From a virus, in the IMG/VR virus record IMGVR_UViG_3300020403_002374, positions 1-64,000 of that record: a stretch of 64,000 nucleotides of DNA; one strand, written 5' to 3'. A program made the position numbers and the translations under genes. Within the stretch, counting starts at the first letter, position 1. Every line of letters begins with the position of its first letter. The notes below the pieces were generated by a model, which was not told the DNA's origin, ran no database searches, and was given only the letters and a program-made list of their open reading frames with translations. This document shows, one piece after another, positions 7,657-18,134 of the stretch.

Positions 7657-9885
7657 ATGCAGGTTACAAAAAGAGATGGATCAAAAGAAGATTTCTCTGT
7701 TGAAAAGATCCATAAAGTTGTAAGCTGGGCTGTCAAAGGTATTAATGGCGTATCATTGTCTGACGTTGAAATGAACGCAAACCTGTCCCTATATGATGGG
7801 ATCAGTAGCTCAGAAATTCATAAGATTCTTATCAAATCGGCTAACGACCTAATATCAACATCATCCCCGAACTACCAATATGTTGCTGCTAGACTTCTTA
7901 ATATGCAACTCAGAAAAGAAGTTTGGGGTTATGGGGATCAACCAACTGACTTTCTAATGTTCATGCGTAGGAACATAGATAATGGAGTTTATGATCCACA
8001 AATAGAGAAAAAGTGGAATGAGGAACAGATCGACGCTCTAGGTAAATACATCAATCATAGTCGTGATGATATGTTTACATATGCCGGTCTACAACAGTTG
8101 ATTGATAAATACTTGGTGAAAAATAGAAGCACAGGACACATTTATGAGACTCCACAGTTTGCTTATATGGCTATTGCCATGTGTTTATTCGATGATATTA
8201 ACGAAGTAAAGAAGGCATATGACTGTTATTCAACGTTCCAAATTAACCTACCTACTCCTATCATGGCTGGTGTTAGGACTAATATACGCCAGTTTGCATC
8301 ATGTGTTTTGGTTGATATTGATGATAACCTTGATGCTATTTTTTCCAGCATACATGCTGTTGGAAAATACACCGCCAGACGAGCAGGAATTGGACTCAAC
8401 ATCGGACGTATGCGACCAATCAACTCACCCATCAGAGGCGGCGAAGTCATCCACACAGGACTCATTCCATATTTAAAGAACTTTGAGTCGGCAGTCAAAT
8501 CAACGTCTCAGAATGGGCTTCGTGGAGGCTCTGCTACGGTGCATGTACCATTCTGGCATTATGAGATTGAGGACATTATGGTTCTTAAAAACAATGCCGG
8601 TACAGACGACAACAGAGTGCGTAAATTAGATTACAGTATTCAGTTTTGTAAGCTATTCTATGATCGTTTAATTGCTAACGAAGATATTACCCTGTTCAGC
8701 CCCAACGAAGCAAAGGGTTTGTATGAGGCGTTTGGTAACAACGAGAAGTTTGAAGAGCTATATCTTAAATATGAAAGAGCAACATCTTTAAAGTTTAAGA
8801 AGAAAGTTCCCGCACGAAAGCTGGCAGAAATCTTTGCTCGCGAACGTCTGGAAACTGGGCGTATCTACAGTATGAATATTGACTCAGCCAATGAACACGG
8901 ATCGTGGAGTGTACCATGCTATATGTCAAATCTTTGTCAAGAAATTATTCATCCGACAAATCCTATTCAGGCTATTGATGATGCAGAAGGTGAGATTGGT
9001 ATTTGCATTTTGTCGGCTTTGAACCTGTTGGAGATGAACGATGAGAAAGATATTGAAGAAGCATGTCGAATTGCTGTACGGACTCTTGACTCTGTTATTG
9101 ATTACCAAGATTACCCCGTACTTGCAGGCGAAAACTTTACCAAAAATAGGCGATCACTTGGAATTGGTATTACTAACCTTGCTGGTTTCTTAGCTAAGAA
9201 CAAACTAAAGTATGAAGATCCCGAAGCGTTAGAGTTGATTCATGAGACTATGGAACAGATCCAGTGGAATCTGCTAAATGCAAGTTGTGAGTTGGCAGAA
9301 GAAAAGGGTGCATGTTCTAAATTTGATGAAACTAAATACTCGGACGGTCTTTTACCTATCGACTGGTACAAGAAAACTGTAGACGAATTAATTAAACCAA
9401 ATTATAACATGGATTGGGAGGGGTTACGTGAGAGGATTAAAAAACATGGTCTTCGGCACTCTACTCTATCTGCTGTTATGCCTTGCGAGTCTAGCTCCGT
9501 TATTCAGAACTCTACCAATGGAATTGAACCCGTCAGATCGTTGCTGATTCACAAGAAGGCAAAAAATGGTGTACTGAAACAATTAGTGCCAAATTATCAT
9601 ATGAGAAAGAACTTCTACACGCTTGCGTGGGACATGCCAAACAATCAAGCCATGCTCAACGTAGCTGCTGTGATCCAGAAGTTTGTGGATATGAGTATGA
9701 GTACAAACCTATACTACAATTACTCTCACTACGAGGATGGAAATATTCCACTGAGTGTTCTTATCAAAGATCAAATCTATGGCTATAAGTATGGATTAAA
9801 GAATTTCTACTATGCCAACACGCCGGATGGTGATGGCGAAACAGAAAAAGAAATGAACTGCGAATCAGGAGCATGTGCAATATGA
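7657..9885 (+). CDS. nrdA: Ribonucleotide reductase class Ia alpha subunit
   Basis: ATP cone (VTKRDG), RQFASC, SNLCQEI, C-terminal CESGAC. Confidence 0.97.
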   Translation: MQVTKRDGSKEDFSVEKIHKVVSWAVKGINGVSLSDVEMNANLSLYDGISSSEIHKILIKSANDLISTSSPNYQYVAARLLNMQLRKEVWGYGDQPTDFLMFMRRNIDNGVYDPQIEKKWNEEQIDALGKYINHSRDDMFTYAGLQQLIDKYLVKNRSTGHIYETPQFAYMAIAMCLFDDINEVKKAYDCYSTFQINLPTPIMAGVRTNIRQFASCVLVDIDDNLDAIFSSIHAVGKYTARRAGIGLNIGRMRPINSPIRGGEVIHTGLIPYLKNFESAVKSTSQNGLRGGSATVHVPFWHYEIEDIMVLKNNAGTDDNRVRKLDYSIQFCKLFYDRLIANEDITLFSPNEAKGLYEAFGNNEKFEELYLKYERATSLKFKKKVPARKLAEIFARERLETGRIYSMNIDSANEHGSWSVPCYMSNLCQEIIHPTNPIQAIDDAEGEIGICILSALNLLEMNDEKDIEEACRIAVRTLDSVIDYQDYPVLAGENFTKNRRSLGIGITNLAGFLAKNKLKYEDPEALELIHETMEQIQWNLLNASCELAEEKGACSKFDETKYSDGLLPIDWYKKTVDELIKPNYNMDWEGLRERIKKHGLRHSTLSAVMPCESSSVIQNSTNGIEPVRSLLIHKKAKNGVLKQLVPNYHMRKNFYTLAWDMPNNQAMLNVAAVIQKFVDMSMSTNLYYNYSHYEDGNIPLSVLIKDQIYGYKYGLKNFYYANTPDGDGETEKEMNCESGACAI

Positions 9886-10319
9886 TTAGCCTTTTATTTG
9901 CAGTTATATTAAGCATAACGCCTGTTCAAACACATGTGGTTGACTACGTTGACATTATCGAAGTGAACCACGTACATAGGAATTGGGCAGATCCAAACAC
10001 CCCAACACTAGAACAATGTATTTACAAAAACTGGAAGAGAACATATTATTGGAGCAAGACCAAAGAAGATAGGGTGTGGGGACATAACTTTGAGATAGTT
10101 GATTGGAGGATGTTAGATAAAACCGGACTTCCACAAAAGAATTGGAGAACCGGAAAGTGGGAACAGATATTCTACGATAACAAGTCTAAATGTATGAGAA
10201 AAATAATCGCTATTGGAACGATAACTTCTCACACAACTTATGACCCAGAAGTAGAAGCAAGAGATTTTTTATCACCAGAATACAGAATAAAACTTAGTAA
10301 ACCAAGAGAGCAGAAATGA
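9882..10319 (+). CDS. Secreted protein, probably of a Planctomycete-type family
   Basis: Signal peptide; VDIIEVNH...Q-I-Y-W...DWR pattern. Confidence 0.65.
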   Translation: MISLLFAVILSITPVQTHVVDYVDIIEVNHVHRNWADPNTPTLEQCIYKNWKRTYYWSKTKEDRVWGHNFEIVDWRMLDKTGLPQKNWRTGKWEQIFYDNKSKCMRKIIAIGTITSHTTYDPEVEARDFLSPEYRIKLSKPREQK

Positions 10320-11392
10320 AAACTATTTTCAATACTAAAAATGTTGACCCTATGAGCCAACCCTTATTCCTCGGTAAAGATCTTGGAGTGCAGCGATATG
10401 ACGTTGTTAAGTACCCCATCTTTAAAGATCTTGACAGTAAGCAAATGATGAACTTCTGGCGACCAGAAGAGATTGAGCTAAAAAAAGATCGCGGCGACTT
10501 CAAAGAGATGTCAGATAATGAAAAGTTTATCTTTACGTCCAATCTTAAATACCAGACTATGCTTGATAGTGTAATCTGTCGCGGTGTTCCTACTCTGCTA
10601 GAGTTTGTTACTAACACAGAACTAGAAGCCTGTCTGATGACTTGGCAATTCTTTGAGAAGATCCACTCACAAAGTTATAGTTATATCATTCAAAATGTCT
10701 TTGCTGATAGCTCTGAAATTTTTGGAGGAATCTATGAAGACAAAGAGATTATGAAGCGGGCAAAGAGTGCTATTTCAGACTATAATAACTTGATGGGTAT
10801 GGCTTGCGATACAACTTCTAAAGCAGACTTGAAGAAGCAAATCTATATGACTGTTGTTAGTATTAATATTCTTGAGGCTGTAAGGTTCTACGTTAGTTTT
10901 GTTTGCAGTTTTGCGTTTGCAGAGAACAAAAAGATGGTTGGGAACGCAGACATCATTAAACTTATCAAGCGTGATGAGGCATTACACTTAGCCAATACCC
11001 AGCAGATTCTAAAAATTCTCCACACAGAAGAGTCGGAAGGATTTATCAATACCGCAAAACAATGTCAAGATGCTGCTATTGAAATGTTTGATAACGCAGC
11101 TAAAGAAGAAAAAGAATGGGCATCATACTTATTTCAAAATGGTTCAATTATCGGACTAAATGAGAATGTGTTACACCAGTATGTTGATTGGTTGTGTATG
11201 TCCCGAAGAAAATCAATTGGGTTGCCTTACGAAAACGTTGGCAAGAACCCTATTGCTGGATGGACACAGGCTTGGATGCAAAGCGAAAGCGTTCAGGTAG
11301 CTCCGCAGGAACATGAGATCACCAGTTATAAAATTGGTGCAAGTAAGAACGATTTGGATGACATGGATCTAGGAGGTTTTACTTATGAGTGA
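10316..11392 (+). CDS. nrdB: Ribonucleotide reductase class Ia beta subunit
   Basis: FWRPEEI, QTMLDS, EKIHSQSY (radical Tyr), EAVRFYVSF, RDEALH. Confidence 0.97.
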   Translation: MKTIFNTKNVDPMSQPLFLGKDLGVQRYDVVKYPIFKDLDSKQMMNFWRPEEIELKKDRGDFKEMSDNEKFIFTSNLKYQTMLDSVICRGVPTLLEFVTNTELEACLMTWQFFEKIHSQSYSYIIQNVFADSSEIFGGIYEDKEIMKRAKSAISDYNNLMGMACDTTSKADLKKQIYMTVVSINILEAVRFYVSFVCSFAFAENKKMVGNADIIKLIKRDEALHLANTQQILKILHTEESEGFINTAKQCQDAAIEMFDNAAKEEKEWASYLFQNGSIIGLNENVLHQYVDWLCMSRRKSIGLPYENVGKNPIAGWTQAWMQSESVQVAPQEHEITSYKIGASKNDLDDMDLGGFTYE

Positions 11393-11759
11393 TGAATGTA
11401 AGGACTATTTAGTAAGACAGGCGATGCTTGGAAGTACAAATAACATTCCACGTAACGTAGGAACTAAGACTTACATTGAGAAGATTACGGGGTGGCATCA
11501 CGACCGCAATCTGATTGAAGGATCTACAGATAAAGATCAGTTTTGCAAACTAATGCAGGAGGCTGGTGAGCTTTCTGATAATATTTGCAAAGGTAAGGAT
11601 GTTTCTGACGATATTGGCGACATGATAGTTGTGTTAATCAATATCGCAGAGAGGAACAAACTTAGCATCTCTAAATGTCTCGAAAGGGCATGGGATGATA
11701 TTAAAGATAGGAAAGGACAGATGGTTGACGGTGTGTTCGTTAAGGAGGCCGACCTGTAA
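11385..11759 (+). CDS. MazG-like NTP pyrophosphohydrolase
   Basis: KLMQEAGEL...DDIGD...IKDRKGQMVDGVFVKE. Confidence 0.85.
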   Translation: MSDECKDYLVRQAMLGSTNNIPRNVGTKTYIEKITGWHHDRNLIEGSTDKDQFCKLMQEAGELSDNICKGKDVSDDIGDMIVVLINIAERNKLSISKCLERAWDDIKDRKGQMVDGVFVKEADL

Positions 11760-11782
11760 CTTTCCGACATAAAAGGGTTTAA

Positions 11783-12451
11783 ATGAGAACTAAACGACAA
11801 AGACGAGAAGACAAAAGACCTAATACTAAACTTGTACCTCTAGAGGCTAAAACTGATAACCAACGCGATTATATTAGATCTATTATTGAGAATGATATTA
11901 TTTTTTGTTCTGGGCCTGCTGGTTCTGGTAAATCATTTATCGCAGCGGGAATAGCAGCACAGCATCTTCATCATGGAAAGATTGAAAAAATTATTGTATC
12001 TAGACCATTAATTTGTACTGGTAAAGACATTGGATCTTTGCCCGGAGAGATGGGTGAAAAAATTGCACCATATCTTTTACCCATGAAAGAAAATGTAAAA
12101 TACTTTCTCGGTCAAGCATTGTATGGACTATATTCTAATGAAGGACAAATCCAATATAAACCTCTAGAAGTTATGCGTGGATCAACATTTCATAACACAT
12201 ATATGATACTTGATGAAGCACAGAACTGTACAGAAGATCAAATTAAAATGTTTGTCTCTCGCATGGGAGAAAACAGTAAAGTAATTATCAATGGCGATAT
12301 TGAGCAAAATGACCTGCGTGGTCGTAGCGGCCTTTCATATTGTATGAATAAGTTGAATAACGTTGAAGGTATTGGTATTTGTAAACTAGATTATAATGAT
12401 ATTCAGAGGAACGGTATCATTGGGAGATTTTTAAGAGCATTGGAGAATTAA
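11783..12451 (+). CDS. phoH: PhoH-like ATPase
   Basis: GPAGSGKS, MRGSTF, LDEAQN, GDIEQND. Confidence 0.95.
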   Translation: MRTKRQRREDKRPNTKLVPLEAKTDNQRDYIRSIIENDIIFCSGPAGSGKSFIAAGIAAQHLHHGKIEKIIVSRPLICTGKDIGSLPGEMGEKIAPYLLPMKENVKYFLGQALYGLYSNEGQIQYKPLEVMRGSTFHNTYMILDEAQNCTEDQIKMFVSRMGENSKVIINGDIEQNDLRGRSGLSYCMNKLNNVEGIGICKLDYNDIQRNGIIGRFLRALEN

Positions 12452-12811
12452 ATGCCAACATATATTTATGAATGTAAAAAGTGTGAACATTCTTTTGAGG
12501 AATTTCAAAAAGTATCAGATGAGCCACTTACAGAGTGCCCCGCCTGCGGTAAGAATAAGCTATTCAAGGTTATAACTGGCGGTATCCACGGTTCAGTCGT
12601 AGGATATAATACTATTGGAAGTATAGGCGATAAGAATTATCAAAGAGATAAAAATAAACTACAGGAAGAAGAACATAAGAAAAGGGAGGCAACACCAGAA
12701 GCTCCGAAGGCTTGGTATGAAAATAAGAAGTATGGAGACGCTACTTATAAAGAAATTAACAAGATGTCAGATAAACAACGCATAAAATACATAATGGAGG
12801 GTAGAAAATGA
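12452..12811 (+). CDS. FmdB-family zinc-ribbon protein
   Basis: MPTYIYECKKC...CPACG. Confidence 0.85.
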   Translation: MPTYIYECKKCEHSFEEFQKVSDEPLTECPACGKNKLFKVITGGIHGSVVGYNTIGSIGDKNYQRDKNKLQEEEHKKREATPEAPKAWYENKKYGDATYKEINKMSDKQRIKYIMEGRK

Positions 12812-13143
12812 AATATGTAGAAGGTAACTTCTTGCCTACGGATGAGAAAACAACATTGTTTTTTGGAAAAACAGGAAACGTTTTAAATGAGAAAGAAACT
12901 CATAAACTGCCGCATTACGCGAAACTTGTAAAGTTCAATACTAATGAGAAAGAAAACTACTACATTAGGATATATCAAAGTACACCATTCGATCCGATGG
13001 GTCCATATGGAAGAAGAGAACGTAACTTAGACACGCAAATGAAAAAGGTTTCAAGGAATACATTTGACTTTTACGTTACATATTTAAAAACTAATAATTC
13101 AATTTACTTAACCAAGGCTAGTAGAGGATTTTTAAATGACTAA
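12808..13143 (+). CDS. Hypothetical protein
   Basis: ATGA overlap, RBS GGAGG. Confidence 0.75.
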   Translation: MKYVEGNFLPTDEKTTLFFGKTGNVLNEKETHKLPHYAKLVKFNTNEKENYYIRIYQSTPFDPMGPYGRRERNLDTQMKKVSRNTFDFYVTYLKTNNSIYLTKASRGFLND

Positions 13144-13435
13144 GAAAGGACCACTCAGTAAAGCTGAAAAGTTTTATATAGAAAACCATCTAGACAAACC
13201 GATTGAGAAACTTTGCAAAGATCTTGATCGTGCGAAATCTACAATAAATAAATTTCTAAAAACCGTTGCTGTGGAAGAAACAGAGAAGGCTGAAACCCTT
13301 CTTTATCAGCAATTTGCAAGAAATAACAAAGGGTCAACTGTTATGACTGAAAATGCAGCAGTTCACTCAGATGAAGTCAAATGGGGAAAAGGGGGGAGCA
13401 CTAGATCAAACCAGTGTACAACAAGGATTAGATAA
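13136..13435 (+). CDS. Hypothetical protein, possible HTH
   Basis: PIEKLCKDLDRAKSTINKFL helix-turn-helix-like pattern. Confidence 0.6.
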   Translation: MTKKGPLSKAEKFYIENHLDKPIEKLCKDLDRAKSTINKFLKTVAVEETEKAETLLYQQFARNNKGSTVMTENAAVHSDEVKWGKGGSTRSNQCTTRIR

Positions 13436-13884
13436 TGGATAATAAAAAGTGGTCAGAGTTTTATCAGAAGAACAGGAAGGGTGCGACCAAAGTCATATGG
13501 ATAAAAATTATGACCTCAGACGGTAAGCACTTTTTCTTTCACGATTATGACGAATGGTATAATGTTAAAGAGTACTGCAATAAAAACTCTGTAATTGTTG
13601 AAGATTTACACTTGCAATTTCGGTCTAACAAATGTATAATAGATGTGACTGATGCAGATGGTATTTACTTTGTAAGATCCGTACTTGGTGCTATTGGTAT
13701 GAAAACCAAAGAGTACTATACTGCCGGTGTGCTTAGAGATGGTCAAGTCCACAAAGAAATGTGGCTTATACCGGAACTCATACGAGAAAAAGAATACCTA
13801 GATGATATTGAAAATTGTTTTGATGAGGCTATGATCTATTATGAAACAAAGAAAAAGAACAGAAAAGAGCAGGTACAAACATGA
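13435..13884 (+). CDS. Hypothetical protein
   Basis: TAATG coupling with the upstream gene. Confidence 0.75.
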   Translation: MDNKKWSEFYQKNRKGATKVIWIKIMTSDGKHFFFHDYDEWYNVKEYCNKNSVIVEDLHLQFRSNKCIIDVTDADGIYFVRSVLGAIGMKTKEYYTAGVLRDGQVHKEMWLIPELIREKEYLDDIENCFDEAMIYYETKKKNRKEQVQT

Positions 13885-14296
13885 ATCTACGGGTGATTAC
13901 TGCACATGTGCTGCCTATGTAGCTGAAATTATGTGTAGAAGAAACGCTGAGAATAAAAACGTTGGATCATTACCTTATAAATTTTGGAATAAAAAACCTT
14001 GGAACTGGACGTTTAAGAAACAGTTGTGGGCTGCTCAGAAAATTCTAAAAGATTTTAGCGAGGAAGCACTGGTCAAGGCTGTAAACTCTTCTGATTTTAA
14101 AGGTATTTTTTCTTTAAATCACCCGAAATGTATTGGTGTTATATCTAAATACGAACTACTATTAAAAGAAGAAAATGCTAAACCGAAACAAGAGATAGAT
14201 ATCAAAAAAGATCCAACTGTTCGTAATAAAAGCTACGGAAAGAAAAACCTGTTACATAAATTGAGGAAACTAGAAAATGGCGAAGAAGAAGAGTAA
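13841..14296 (+). CDS. Basic hypothetical protein
   Basis: ORF packed immediately upstream of recA. Confidence 0.7.
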   Translation: MKQRKRTEKSRYKHESTGDYCTCAAYVAEIMCRRNAENKNVGSLPYKFWNKKPWNWTFKKQLWAAQKILKDFSEEALVKAVNSSDFKGIFSLNHPKCIGVISKYELLLKEENAKPKQEIDIKKDPTVRNKSYGKKNLLHKLRKLENGEEEE

Positions 14297-15386
14297 AGCT
14301 GTTGAATATGATGATCCAACCGTTGCAACACTTTGTAAGAAGTATGGGAATGTAATTGAGTCTGGAACAAAGGTTCTTGAGTCCTTAGAGACGTATGATA
14401 CTATTAGCGTCAGTCCTGCCTTGGATATGGCACTAGGTGGTGGATTGCGAGAAGGTCAAGTAGTAGTTATGACCGGTGATCCTAAAACCGGTAAAACAAC
14501 AACTGCACTTTACGCCGCCGCTAAAGCACAAGCCAAAGGCAAGAAGGTATACTATCTTAACACCGAAGGTCGCTTGACCAAGCAGAACTTTCGTGGCATC
14601 AAAGGTTTAGATGTTGATGCTATTCAAATTGTCCAAGCTACGGACGATACACCTGTCGTATCGGCAGAGACATATCTCAATATTATGGAGCGACTTCTTA
14701 AAGAAGAAGAAAACCTGTTCTTAATCTGCGACTCTACATCCAATATGGTTCCACAGGATGAGATTGATGGAGAGATCCGAACAGGTGTTCGTAACGCTCT
14801 ACCACGCTTGTTGTCTATGTTCTTCAAGCGTATCAGTGGTGACGTATCACGCATGAAAGCCATCGCTGTATTTATCACTCACAATATCGCTAACACTGGT
14901 GGTTCACGTTTTGCACCAAGTAAGATGGCAGACTGTGGCAACATGTTACAGTTCCAAGCTGGAACCAACATGGTCATCACACACCGTGGCAAGTGGGAAG
15001 TACCCAAAGAATCGGGTAATCACGTTGGTCAAGTTGCTAACTGGGTAATCAAGACTTCTGCCGCTGGTGGCACACCTATGAGCACAGCCGCAAGTTGGAT
15101 TCGTTACGGTGTCGGTATTGATGAATCGCAAGAAATTGCACAGATCGCTACAGACTTTGCCCTTATCCAAGCAAAAGGTGCTTGGTATACGATTTCTTGT
15201 TTAGTAGATAACAAAGATCAAATTCTTGTTGCAAATTACCTTAAGGATAATGAGGTTGATATAGACGACCTAGAAGCTGTAACCAAAGCGTTTAAGTTTC
15301 AGGGGATGGAGAAGCTAGTCAACTTTTTGAACGACAACCAAGACCTTAGAGATATTGTTATCGAAGAAGTAAGAGACTTGTTCTAA
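14277..15386 (+). CDS. recA: RecA/UvsX-like recombinase
   Basis: SPALDMALGGG, Walker A GDPKTGKTT, Walker B LICDS, IQAKGAWY. Confidence 0.9.
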   Translation: MAKKKSKAVEYDDPTVATLCKKYGNVIESGTKVLESLETYDTISVSPALDMALGGGLREGQVVVMTGDPKTGKTTTALYAAAKAQAKGKKVYYLNTEGRLTKQNFRGIKGLDVDAIQIVQATDDTPVVSAETYLNIMERLLKEEENLFLICDSTSNMVPQDEIDGEIRTGVRNALPRLLSMFFKRISGDVSRMKAIAVFITHNIANTGGSRFAPSKMADCGNMLQFQAGTNMVITHRGKWEVPKESGNHVGQVANWVIKTSAAGGTPMSTAASWIRYGVGIDESQEIAQIATDFALIQAKGAWYTISCLVDNKDQILVANYLKDNEVDIDDLEAVTKAFKFQGMEKLVNFLNDNQDLRDIVIEEVRDLF

Positions 15387-15799
15387 TGAAAGTCACAGGC
15401 TTGAATGGTAGAGAATATAACCTCGATACCAAAAAATACTTAATTAGCACAAGGGTTAGGCGTAGCTTCTACCACTTACAAGCTAGGGAACTTATAGTAG
15501 AGCTATTTCATCCATATCAGGTACTTGAAGAAGTTACGCTTCCCGGTTCTTCTACAAAAAAATCCAAATTAGCCCTTGACTTTTTGATTCCATCGTGTAC
15601 AATAGGTATTGAGGTGCATGGTGAACAACACTTTAAGTATGTGCCATACTTTCATAAATCTAGAGTTGGTTTTGCACAAGCCAAGAAGCGAGATTTAGAC
15701 AAGAAAGAGTGGTGCAGAATTAACGACATCACACTTGTAGAGCTACGTTGGGACGAAGACCCAGAATATTGGAGAGAGAAAATTGAACGCAGCAGATAG
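15386..15799 (+). CDS. PD-(D/E)xK endonuclease, DUF559/Vsr-like
   Basis: LDFLIP...IEVHGEQH...RDLDKKEWC. Confidence 0.8.
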   Translation: MKVTGLNGREYNLDTKKYLISTRVRRSFYHLQARELIVELFHPYQVLEEVTLPGSSTKKSKLALDFLIPSCTIGIEVHGEQHFKYVPYFHKSRVGFAQAKKRDLDKKEWCRINDITLVELRWDEDPEYWREKIERSR

Positions 15800-16244
15800 A
15801 TTGAAATTATTTGTTGAGGGTATTGACAGATACATTACAGCGGAAAACATTTCCCCAACCAAGTTTAATCCAGAGTTTGCTATTGCAGAGACTCTAACAC
15901 TAGAAAAGATGGAGAAGTTGACTCAAGACGACTGTTTCAACTATGCTTATCAGTTATATCAGTATGCAGACCATATAGCTTGGTGCCGTTCAAAAAGTGA
16001 AAATGTTGTCAGGTGGTGCAAAGAAAATCTTGGCAGTATTGTGGCAAGTGAAGTCACGCAGATTGAAGTACAGTTTATGAAATATGAAACTAAAGTTGAC
16101 TTGGTTAAAAGAGAAAACGACATAGCAAAAAGTATTAACGAATGGCTAATAACAGCGGAGAGTAGATTAGAACTATTAAAGAGTAGGGAATATAATGTTC
16201 GCCGCAAGGCTGATATCTTAATCGAAAAAGGAAAGAGAAAATGA
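15783..16244 (+). CDS. Helical protein, possibly a UvsY-like recombination mediator
   Basis: Coiled-coil character and position near recA; TTG start. Confidence 0.45.
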   Translation: MNAADRLKLFVEGIDRYITAENISPTKFNPEFAIAETLTLEKMEKLTQDDCFNYAYQLYQYADHIAWCRSKSENVVRWCKENLGSIVASEVTQIEVQFMKYETKVDLVKRENDIAKSINEWLITAESRLELLKSREYNVRRKADILIEKGKRK

Positions 16245-16669
16245 GTGACGATGTTATAAAAGCATTACTAAATACTATGACAGACGAGCAGAAAGCTGAA
16301 CTGTTAAACAGTCTAGCTGGTTCTTTGAAAAAAGACACAGACGCAGAGCCAGCACCAAAACAAGAGGAAACGGTTTCCTCAACACCTCGGTCAAATGTGA
16401 CAGAGGATTTTAGGGTAGTCAGAGATAATGACCTAGATAAAAGGAAAACTCCGGTGAGAGCCAGAAAGAACCAATGGGTAGATGATGGAGAAAATAGAGA
16501 TCCAGACTTCGACCCTCAGAAGTTTGAACGTATGGGTAAAACGTCAAGAAATAGGGGCAAAGTAAAGAAACGCACTGTTGAATGTCATGTGTGCGGTCGT
16601 GATTTCCAAGTCAATCCCGCTTTGGTCCACGGTGAATACTTTAGATGTAACCGATGCACAGGAAGGTAA
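16241..16669 (+). CDS. Hypothetical protein with C-terminal zinc finger
   Basis: CHVCG...CNRC. Confidence 0.75.
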   Translation: MSDDVIKALLNTMTDEQKAELLNSLAGSLKKDTDAEPAPKQEETVSSTPRSNVTEDFRVVRDNDLDKRKTPVRARKNQWVDDGENRDPDFDPQKFERMGKTSRNRGKVKKRTVECHVCGRDFQVNPALVHGEYFRCNRCTGR

Positions 16670-16679
16670 TAGAAATATT

Positions 16680-18134
16680 ATGGACAATCGGCTTGGTGAT
16701 ACTGGTGCTGAACGAGCAGTACTTGCTGGCTTGTTTGCTTATGGCTTTGAATCTTATGTTGAAATAAGTGACTTTATTACGCATAGTAGTTTTGCTAATC
16801 GTAACAATCAAGTCATTTACAAATGTATTGAAAAGGTGTTGGAGAATGATGCTGTAGCTGATATTCCATCAATTCTTTCTGCTGCCGAACAATTAAATCT
16901 TACAGAGGTTGTTAAGACAGAGCAAGAATTAAACTACATTCGTGACCTGATGGACTATCCTGTAAAAAAGGATAACGTTCTGCATTTTGCTGCACAGGTT
17001 AAAAAGTTTGAGTTTGCCCGCAATGCAAAACGTATTGCTAAAAAAATAGATAAAGACATTGATTCCATTGTTGGAGACGAGAGCATTGATGATATCATCA
17101 ATCTTGTAGAAACTCCACTCATGGATTTTTTGCGTGATGATGAATCGGGTCAAAAGCCAGAGATGCTTGGCGATGATCTTGACGAATACATCGAATTTCT
17201 AATCGAAAACAAATGTGACCAAATAGGAATGTCCAGTGGATTTCCCAGATTTGATGCTGTCATTGGTGGTGGCTTACGTCGTAAGTGTGTGGATCTCGTA
17301 TCCGCAAGGCCCGGAGTGGGCAAGTCTGTGTTTGCAGATAATGTTGCTTTGCATAATGCTAGGAATGGAATTCCTGTACTTATGCTCGATACTGAGATGA
17401 GCAAAGAGGATCACCTCAACAGGATTCTCGCCAACATCAGCGGTGTTCCTATTCAAGATATTGCAACCGGTAAGTTCTCAGAAGATGACGAAAAAGCTAT
17501 TGCTGTTAAAAATGCAGCAGAAGAGATTAGAGATATTCCTTACACCTATGTTAGTGTCGCTGGTGCCCCGTTTGAAACCATTATGAATATCATCAAACGA
17601 TGGATTCTTCGTGAAGTTGGTCAAGACGAAAACGGCAGAACCAATGACTGCCTTGTTGTATACGATTATCTTAAACTTATGTCATCATCAGGTATTACAA
17701 ATAACATTCAAGAATATCAGGCTCTCGGTTTTCAAATCACAGAGTTGCACAATCTGACGGTTAAATATGACTTCCCATGTTTATCATTTGTTCAGTTGAA
17801 CCGCGATGGTATCACTAAGGAATCTACAGACGCTGTGAGCGGATCTGACCGTATCATTTGGTTGTGTACATCCTTCTCGATATTTAAATTAAAATCCGCA
17901 GAGGAACTGGCAGAAGACGGTCCGAATGGTGGTAACAGAAAGGTTGTCACATTAAAGGCTCGTCACGGTGCTGGATTACTTGACGGTAATTATATTAATA
18001 TGAACATGGTTGGCGAACATGCACAACTGCTTGAGTTGCGAACCAGAGATGAAATTAGGTCGTCACCCGATGGTGATGTAATTGAAGGTTCCGATGTACC
18101 ATTTGACATAGAGGAAGAAGATGCTGAAAATTGA
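16680..18134 (+). CDS. dnaB: Replicative DNA helicase
   Basis: AERAVLAG, ARPGVGKS, DTEMS, VYDYLKL, QLNR, KARHG. Confidence 0.95.
   Translation: MDNRLGDTGAERAVLAGLFAYGFESYVEISDFITHSSFANRNNQVIYKCIEKVLENDAVADIPSILSAAEQLNLTEVVKTEQELNYIRDLMDYPVKKDNVLHFAAQVKKFEFARNAKRIAKKIDKDIDSIVGDESIDDIINLVETPLMDFLRDDESGQKPEMLGDDLDEYIEFLIENKCDQIGMSSGFPRFDAVIGGGLRRKCVDLVSARPGVGKSVFADNVALHNARNGIPVLMLDTEMSKEDHLNRILANISGVPIQDIATGKFSEDDEKAIAVKNAAEEIRDIPYTYVSVAGAPFETIMNIIKRWILREVGQDENGRTNDCLVVYDYLKLMSSSGITNNIQEYQALGFQITELHNLTVKYDFPCLSFVQLNRDGITKESTDAVSGSDRIIWLCTSFSIFKLKSAEELAEDGPNGGNRKVVTLKARHGAGLLDGNYINMNMVGEHAQLLELRTRDEIRSSPDGDVIEGSDVPFDIEEEDAEN

Noticed and set aside
10758-10787. Promoter inside nrdB
   Set aside because: GACTATAATA is present but the -35 position reads GGGCAA; counted as a motif hit, not called as a promoter.
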